From: Octopus sinensis
Taxonomy: Eukaryota
Length of the DNA stretch: 64,000 bases
NCBI RefSeq assembly: GCF_006345805.1
Contig: NC_043004.1
Location: 21,328,001-21,392,000 of the forward strand
Direction: 5' to 3'
Position numbers and translations under genes: made by a program. Positions 55,700 through 64,000 of the stretch are shown piece by piece (the first letter of the stretch is position 1; each line of letters begins with the position of its first letter). The notes below the pieces were generated by a model. It did not search any database, was not told where the DNA came from, and worked only from the letters and a program-made list of their open reading frames with translations.

Positions 55700-56790
55700 A
55701 AGATGTACCTGGACATAAGGGTGCAACAATATCAGAGGAAGGTTAACAGGGAAAATAGTTTTGTGTGTGGAATGTGCACAGATATAATTAACACTAGAAA
55801 TGTACAGAAAATAGACTCCATCAAATGTCAGGAGGGAAAACTAGAAGTAGTTGACAGCTTCAGTAGCAGGGGTGGAAGCTCTGAGAGAGTAGCTGCTAGA
55901 ATAAGATTATGCTGGGCAAAGTTCAGAGAGCTCCTACGTCTGCTAGGCAGATTGGATGATGCTTGTGTGTGAACAGCCATGCTATATGGCAGTGAGACAT
56001 GGGATGTTACCACTGAGGACATGCATAGACTTATAAGAAATGAAGCTAGCATGCTTCGCTGGATGTGTAATGTCAGTGTGCATGTATGACAGAGTGTGTC
56101 TTGAGTGAAAAGTTGGGCTTAAGAGGCATCCGATATGATGTACAAAAGAGATAACTGCACAGGTATGGTCATGGGATGTGTATGGACGAGGACAGCTGTG
56201 TGAAGTGCCACACTCTAATGGTAACTGAAGCCTGTGGAAGAAGTAAACCCAGGAAGTCATGGGACAAGGTGGTGAAGCATGATCTTCGAAAGTCAGACCT
56301 CACAATGCCAATGACAAGTGATTGAGACCTTTGGTAATATTCCATGCTTCAGAAGACTTGTCAAGCCAAGTGAGATCGTAATCATAGCCAAAGCTAGTGT
56401 TGCTTAACTGGCATGTAAAAAGCGCCCTTCAGACGTCAGGTGATATGCTGTGCTTGAGAGGACCTGTCAAGCCAAGTGAAATCACAGTTGTGGATGATGC
56501 CAGTGCAGTGTGACAGGTGACCAAGACTTTTGATGATACACTGTGCATGAGAAGACCTGTCTAGCCAAGTGAGATTGTAGTCATAGCTGCTGCTGGTGTC
56601 ACATAACTGGCATCTATGCCCGTGGTATGTAAAAAGCACCCACTAAATTCTTGGAGTGGTTAGAGTTAGGAAGGGCATCCAGCCATGCCAAATCAGATTG
56701 GAACCTGGTGCAGCTCCCTGGCTTACTAGTTCTGTCTAGTCCTCCAACACATGCATGCTTGGAAAACACGTTAAATGATGATGGTGATGA
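55700..56790 (+). mobile_element. RTE LINE 3' portion: end of ORF, repeated 3' UTR and tail
   Basis: KLEVVDSF, VAARIRLCWAKFREL, AMLYGSETW and NEASMLRWMCNV; three ~95-bp UTR repeats; ends gaagggcatccag...ttaaatgatgatg. Confidence 0.85.
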
Positions 56791-57711
56791 TATAAAAGTA
56801 AAACTCTTGCAATTATTTAATTTTAATAAGATGCCATGCCAGTTGTAATTAGAATAAATATAATATACAGAATTGATTATTAATTTTAAATATATAAATT
56901 TTGGAAAATTAAAAAATATATTTAAAAAAATCTTTTGTACTAATGTAGGATTTTACGTTCTCTGTTGAAAATTAACCTTTTATATATGACATAACTTTAT
57001 CTAGATATCACTGTTTTTTTATCTTTAGCATATTTGTATTTTCAAATTGGACACATGATACAATGATAATGTTATCTCTCATCTAAACTTTGCTGAATTG
57101 TTATAAATATATCCATATTCTTTCCAAGGAATGAGAAAGTTTTCTCAACAATGGAATCTCTTCCATCATGATGATGTTTTAACATTTTTGCTTTAAGCAC
57201 AACAGAGTTTTACATCTTTCTGTCAATTTTCTAACAATTTCAGAGAGCATATAATTTTCATTTTGTTTTGTCTTCAATCTGTCAAGCTTAGATTTTTGAA
57301 GCAACATAATTATATTGAAGTGCCTGAAGTTAAAATCTAGTGAGCAGAATTGTAAATAGAAAATCAAAGATCCCAGAAATATACAGCAGAAATGAAGGGT
57401 GGGGAAAATACATTTTGTTACCACTAACTTTGCATAATGCTGGTCAGTATTGATTGATCAGTAATTACCAAATGTTGCTAATATATCAGCTATTATGCAA
57501 CTATAGTAATAAAGAAGCTATTACACAGTCGTAGCTGATAAGTTATTACAAAATCATAGCTGATGTATCAGTTGTTATAGAGAAACAACTGATGAGTCAG
57601 CAATTATGCAACTGTATCTAATAAACTAACTATTATAGTTATTACACAGCCATAGCTGATATATAAATTTTTACATAACCACAAATAATAATTCCCTTAT
57701 AACACAGATGA

Positions 57712-57930
57712 TCATCATCATCATACTCATCATTTAACGTCCATTTTCCACACTAGCATGGGTTGGAGGGTTTGACAGGAGCTGGCCTACTGAAAAGGTG
57801 CCTGGGCTACATGTCTGTTTTGGCATGGTTTCTATGGCTGGATGTCCTTCCTCATGCCAATCACTTTACAGAGTGTACACAGCACTGAAATGGATGCTTT
57901 TTACATGGTACCAGCACCGATGAGCCTGCA
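57712..57930 (-). mobile_element. RTE 3' tail (degenerate)
   Basis: catttaacgtccattttccacactagcatggg...gctggatgtccttcc. Confidence 0.75.
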
Positions 57931-58829
57931 AGATTAGGATTGCTCAACTGAATAGGGATGCAAGGCACATACCTGTATGCAGGGACAACAAAAATATAGT
58001 TAATAAATCAATAATTGTCCAGTGTTGAACGTCCATTGACTTGGCCAATATTTTACTTGTTCAAATTTTAACCATCCTCATCAGATAAATAGTGAGTAAG
58101 CAGTGATAGAGTTTCAATTTAGAGTTTTGAGATAACTAGGTTTCTGGAAATATTTAAATCTAACTTCTACTGTACCTATTCTTGGAGAGCATCCAAAAAG
58201 AAATATTTTGATACCTCATTTGTGAAATTTGAATGAATATTTTATGAGATAGGACAATTTGAGTGGTCAGCAAATTGGTTGAAATATTTCCAAATTAGGC
58301 CTGAATGAATAATTAGCCATATTTGCGAGGTCGTAACTTTGAAACTGAAGTGATAATCATCTTCAAATTACACAAATTAATAGTATGCATGCAATAGCAC
58401 CCACCTATTTCTTTTCAGGTTCTTGAAAATGAAACTTTGTTTTGACAATTTTTAAAAGTATTTATGTCAAACTTATTTTGCTGCATGTAACAAACAGTAT
58501 TTTCAGACCTAGCTAAATCCAAAGTACAAACCACAGGACTTGAGTTTTGGCACATCTGTATTATGTATAGAACTAAATAAATCCTGTGATTTTGGGACAT
58601 GATACTATTTCAATAAAATTTTAATGCACTATTCAACATATCTATCAGTGGAGTTTCAAATAAGGATGCTCACATAAGTTAAAGATTCTCCATTTTGATG
58701 GGGATTTTTCTAATCATTTTTTGATAACTGCCTTTGAAATGATGGGGGAAGCTTTTTATGAAAAAGATTTTTTAAAAATTTATAATTTTTTTGGCACTAC
58801 ACACTTACAAAAGACAATGGGGGAAACAA

Positions 58830-59272
58830 ATGTGGAATCTCAAGCACTCCTCGTGCTTTGCTCAACATTCTGAAGGTAAAGCCATCTTACAAACAATAAC
58901 TCTGAGCATCTTTTCAAACTCCACCCATCTAACACCTGTGGACATATTTGAAAAGTCAGAAAACAGCACAGCTCCCATGACTTTAGGAAACATTTTTTCA
59001 TACTGAGAGTTGCTGAAGCATGGAACAAACTGCCAGCATCAGTTGTTAGTTGTCGGAGCACTGCATCCTTCAAAACTTCCATGCTTTCTGAGATTCGCCA
59101 ACACTACACCTGATTTTCTCCCCTCCATACACACACAAGCATGTATCTGACTCATACATTGTTCGCTTTCCAGACATTTGTACACTACTGCATATACTTT
59201 ATATGCACTTTCTGACAAGTTGTGGTGCACCTGAGCACTGTATACAATAATTTCATTATTATTATTATTACA
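58830..59272 (+). mobile_element. CR1-group LINE 3' end with (ATT)n tail
   Basis: RKHFF..RVAEAWNKLPASVV motif, short UTR, ends ttcattattattattatta. Confidence 0.75.
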
Positions 59273-59274
59273 AA

Positions 59275-59488
59275 ACCATGACAGGAGTGGGCATCAATTC
59301 TGCAAGAACAGCTGTATGCTGCATGTGAAGCATTTGCACCTGGACTTAAGGCTGTGATTCAAAAAAGAGGTGGTCTAGCTGGTAGTGTCCTTTACCATTT
59401 CATGGCAATGCTCAGACCCAAAATATAACAATATTTTGCTTTGACAAAATTGGAAAAAAATTGGTTGCCTTAATTTTGGGACACTCTG
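59275..59488 (+). mobile_element. Tc1-like transposon 3' end
   Basis: WASILQEQLYAACEAFAPGLKAVIQKRGG; terminal ttttgggacactctgTA. Confidence 0.6.
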
Positions 59489-59516
59489 TATGTGTGTGTG
59501 TATATATGTATATATA

Positions 59517-59583
<67 letters not shown>

Positions 59584-60218
59584 CACACACATAGCTACAT
59601 ACATATCTATTTATATACACATCCACACACATATATATTTAAGGAAGAACTCAAATGGGGTTTAAAATTTACTACATGTGTTTCGATATATATATATATA
59701 TATCAAATTATAAATAATGAGAGAAATATACAATGATAAAATTTATTTTTCCATTAGAAATTCTTATTTAATGACAATTGTTTTGCGGCTTGACAAGCAT
59801 ATATAGATAATTTATTTTAAAATATTGACTCTGCATTCTTGAAACATTATGTGGAGTGATTACTTTTAACATGGATTGTTTTTTAACCTGAAGAGCTAGC
59901 TTAATATCTACATTGATTTAAAGAGTATATATATTAATGCTGACATGTAAGTACTTATTACTTATTATAAAATATAATAAATTAATTATCTATACATGTT
60001 TATTAAGCTACAAAACAATTATCATTAAATAAGAATTTCCAATAGTAAAATAAATTTTATCATAGTGTATTTCATTCATTATATATAATTTTATACACTC
60101 CTCATGTCTTTCTCTTGTATTATACTGTATATTCTATATGTTTTGTAGAATGATACATTAAGGAGCTTTTTTATGAGTACCATCGAATAAGTTGAATCTA
60201 GATATAGTGACTTAAAAT

Positions 60219-60268
<50 letters not shown>

Positions 60269-60626
60269 CATATATACATATATACATATATATGTAACCC
60301 AAATTGAGGGAGTGCAATGGTAAAATGCAGGATACAAATGTTTCTTAGCCATCTGAACCTCTAATGTAATAATTACTCTGCAAGGGGTTCTCAGCTTAGC
60401 TATTCATCAGGCCAAAAGTACCTAAATTTAATGAAGGTTATATTGTCGCTTGGAATATTCCCGTTAACTCACCACAGATATGTCTAAACTTCGATGTCAA
60501 TAAATTGTTATTGTTCCTGATTGTAGACTGTCCACTTTCTATTTTCTATACCTTCCATGACTGCTCGAAGTTTACAAACTTTCTACACTTGGATCCTTGA
60601 ACCTTACCTTAATATATATATGTGTG

Positions 60627-60667
<41 letters not shown>

Positions 60668-61148
60668 GCATGTGTGTACGTATGTATATATGTATATATA
60701 TGTGTATATATGTGTGTGTGTGTACGTATATGACTTTACTGGTAGTTTAATTTATTATTTTTTTAATTTTTTGATAATATGAATTTTAGTTCACAATCTA
60801 ATACATTCTTTGTTAACTTGGGTGTGGATAATTTTTTAAAAAAATCCTTTTTAACTTCTTTGGAGAACTTCTCTCTGGTTCAAAACTCCAAATCATCAGA
60901 TCTGTTTGACAATGAATGTGAGAAAATTCTCCAAAGAAGTTAAGAATATCTTTTTCTAAAAAATTCTCCACACCCAAGTAACAAAGAACTTACTAGAACT
61001 ATGAATTAAAATTTATATTATTAAAAAATAAAAAAAATAATAAACTAAACTGATTAGAACTACGAGTGAAGTCATTCTTCTTTTTTTAAATATATCCAAC
61101 TGTATATACACACACATATATATACATATATATATATGCATATATATA

Positions 61149-61196
<48 letters not shown>

Positions 61197-61807
61197 TATA
61201 TAAATAAGGATGCACATAAATATACAGTCACAAACGCACACACATGCATACACACTCGTGTGTGTGTTTTGTGCTACAATACACTCTGCCATTCAGTATA
61301 TCAACTGTAGTTATAATAATAGATTGCACTACCGAAACAGTTAATCTTGGTAGAATATTTTTTAAACTTACTGCTCCTTGCTATCAACTTTGGAAATGTC
61401 AAGTTCTAAACACCATGCTACGTTCCATTAGGTATTTATGACCATTACAACAGTAAGCATGTGACTACAATACAATCTTTACAACAAAAACTTATTCAAG
61501 CATTATGACATGTCGACTTAGGATACTGGAATACAAACATGGCAGATTCTTTTAACTTTACCATTCTATATACTTAAATAAATGTCAAAATATTTAGACC
61601 ATTTGTTAAGTCTGGTATTCAGTTATTAACCAATACATAGCCATTAGTTTATCTTTAAATTTTCATTTTTATTTTTTACTAGAAAAGTCCAGTTGGTTCT
61701 CCAGTTTCTGATATATTCTTGTCAATTTTTATGACAGTTAAAAGCCTCTTCTTAGCTTTAACAATTGCAGTATGGATGTTAAACCTTGCAGTGGTGTTGT
61801 GTCAATA

Positions 61808-61865
61808 TCATTATTATTATTATTATTATTATGACTATTATTATTATTACTATTATTACTATTAC

Positions 61866-61903
<38 letters not shown>

Positions 61904-61908
61904 GTGGT

Positions 61909-61976
<68 letters not shown>

Positions 61977-62003
61977 CAGTAGCAGCAGCAGCAGCAGCGG
62001 CAG
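61808..62003. repeat. Compound (ATT)n-(AGC)n-(AGT)n microsatellite
   Basis: Direct. Confidence 0.95.
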
Positions 62004-63224
62004 CGGAAAATGTTATAGTTTGGTTTGTATTTTGCTATCAGAGTATATACAGTGTTGAAATAAGTAACTTACTAGTGTTCTGTTTATTCTTTATGTCCTG
62101 TTTTTATTGTAGAACCTGCTGCATCCAAGCAAAAGAAAGACTGAAAGAGAGAGAAAGAGAGAGAACTTAGTGCCTAAAGCAGAGTCTACTAAACCTTTTA
62201 AGAACCAATTGTGCTGCAAGAGTGATTCTTTGACTTTGAGTTTGGTGTTAAAGCATTTTATCAAACTAAATTTAGGGATTAAATATATGGTTCCCATTGG
62301 AAGTTTTACTGAATTGGTTTCGAGATTATGCAGATTTGCTAATTATATTTGGAATTATAGCATGACTACAATTTTATTTATTTTTAATCTAAGTAAACTG
62401 ATTGAAGAAGATATAGTTGGTTGAGGGGCCTGCATGTCTGTTAGATTAAAAAGCTTACTGTGTAAATGTTTGGTTCTGGATTAATTCCATGGTTGTGTAT
62501 CACCTTCGAATGTCTTTAATGGTAGACAAAATATGTCCAACACCATGTAAGCTGGAATTTGGAAGACAGAAATTGTTTGCGATTGTCCCAGACATAAACA
62601 TACTCACACATATGTATTGTTATATAACACAATATAATTTATTCAAAGCAGTGTGTACACAAGAGATTCAGCTCAAAGTTCTTCACTTTTAGTCCTCAAG
62701 CAAAATTTTGTGTAGCAATAACGCCTTTGAATAATTAATGCTATTCTGATTCACCTAACAGTATGAAATACTTTTTGCACTGATGTATATCAACACAGGA
62801 TGTAATGATATTAAAAAAAATTTACTTAAAGTCAGATGAAGCCTCTCGCAATACACAGACTTACAGACAGACACTTCTTTGTCACCCTCACGTCCAAATT
62901 TGTGACAAACTAGTGACAGACTCTTCATAAATCTATAACCAGTAATGCTTTTGTAATCATCATCATCATCGTCGTCGTCGTCGTTATCATCATCATCGTT
63001 ATCATCGTAATCATCATTGTCATCATCAACAATGTCATGATAATTGTTGTTGTCATCATTGGTTGGACTGAATTTGTATAAGTGGATTTCCTGCTTCTGG
63101 ATGCCTTTCCTGTCACTAGTCCTCATCTGTTTCCAAGTAAGATCATATTTCCCCTAAGACCAGACATATTTTTACAGAAGATTGGAGATGAAGGATAGTA
63201 CTTGTATGATAGTGCCACTTGCTT

Positions 63225-63405
63225 GCACGTAAAAAGCACCCACTACACTCTCGGAGTGGTCTGCGTTAGGAAGGGCATCCAGCTGTAGAAACTCTGCCAG
63301 ATCAAGACTGGAGCCTGGTGCAGCCATCTGGTTGCCAGCCCTCAGTCAAAACCGTCCAACCCATGCTAGCATGGAAAATGGACATTAAACGATGATGATG
63401 ATATA
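63225..63405 (+). mobile_element. RTE 3' tail, followed by a partial SINE B on the minus strand (about 63415-63560)
   Basis: gcacgtaaaaagcacccactacactc...ccatgctagcatgg...gatgatgatg. Confidence 0.85.
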
Positions 63406-64000
63406 TATATATGGTAGGTTTCTTTTAGTTCTATCTACCAAATTTACTCAGTCTTTGGTCAGCCTAGATCTATAGTAGAAAATATTTGCCCAAGGTGTCA
63501 TGCAGTCAAACTGAACCTACAACCATGTGGAGCAAACTTCTTACCACACAGCCATACCTGCTCCCAACCCCATAAAATAAAAGTAAACATTTTAAACAAA
63601 CATAGTCTTAGATAATCAAACACAGAACTAAACTTTAGTTACTAAGCAATCAGTGAGGCAATCAGCAATTCATATTGTCATTGGAAACTGCATTGTATCA
63701 AAAGAAAAAAAAAGGAAAGCGAAACTACATTACCTGTTAACCTAGACATAAATATGTTCTGCTATATGCAGTATCCTCTATGTAAAATTAGTCAGAGATT
63801 TATCAGTTCACAATGTTTAATTTCATCAACCAGACTTACCTTGTTACATAAAGTTGAGATGAAGCTGATCTGATAAGAAAATATTCCATGTAATCCTTTG
63901 ACAAATTGGGAATAACAACAAAATCCTTTCCTATAGCACATCCCAACTTTGATCATAGGACTGCTTGATCAACAGTGACTTCTATTTCAATTGCCTTTGA

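Noticed and set aside
58040-58095. Second hammerhead-like motif on the minus strand (CUGAUGA-GGA...UUU-GAAC-AA-GUA)
   Set aside because: GAAC instead of GAAA, stem II is mostly wobble pairs and stem I is out of register; could be chance.
62170-62692. Non-repetitive ORFs 62170-62424 and 62489-62692, and a possible 48-bp minus-strand exon near 62500-62550
   Set aside because: No recognisable protein motif and a weak donor site; needs RNA-seq or BLASTX.

Overview
AT-rich, microsatellite-dense animal genomic DNA, intergenic or deep intronic. The SINE and RTE-tail repeat set looks like an Octopus genome; this is inference from recognised repeat sequence and no search was run. I could not support any host protein-coding exon: nearly all listed ORFs are microsatellite read-throughs or transposon relics. 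Retroelements: a young, GC-rich, 5'-truncated Tx1/L1-clade LINE sitting inside a (TCTA)n array (14084-17545); three R4/Dong-type (RLE) LINE fragments; RTE LINE fragments plus many isolated RTE 3' tails; CR1-like 3' pieces; a Penelope-like RT fragment; an internally deleted Ty3/Gypsy element with both LTRs; and several tRNA-headed SINE families. DNA elements: mariner, Tc1 and pogo relics; hAT-, piggyBac- and Tigger-type MITEs; and a non-autonomous Helitron. Highlights: a full-length U6 snRNA retrocopy fused to a SINE 3' tail and inserted into a Dong endonuclease region, the apparently GATA-repeat-targeted Tx1, and a degenerate hammerhead-ribozyme-like fold in a ~310-bp unit between TA microsatellites.
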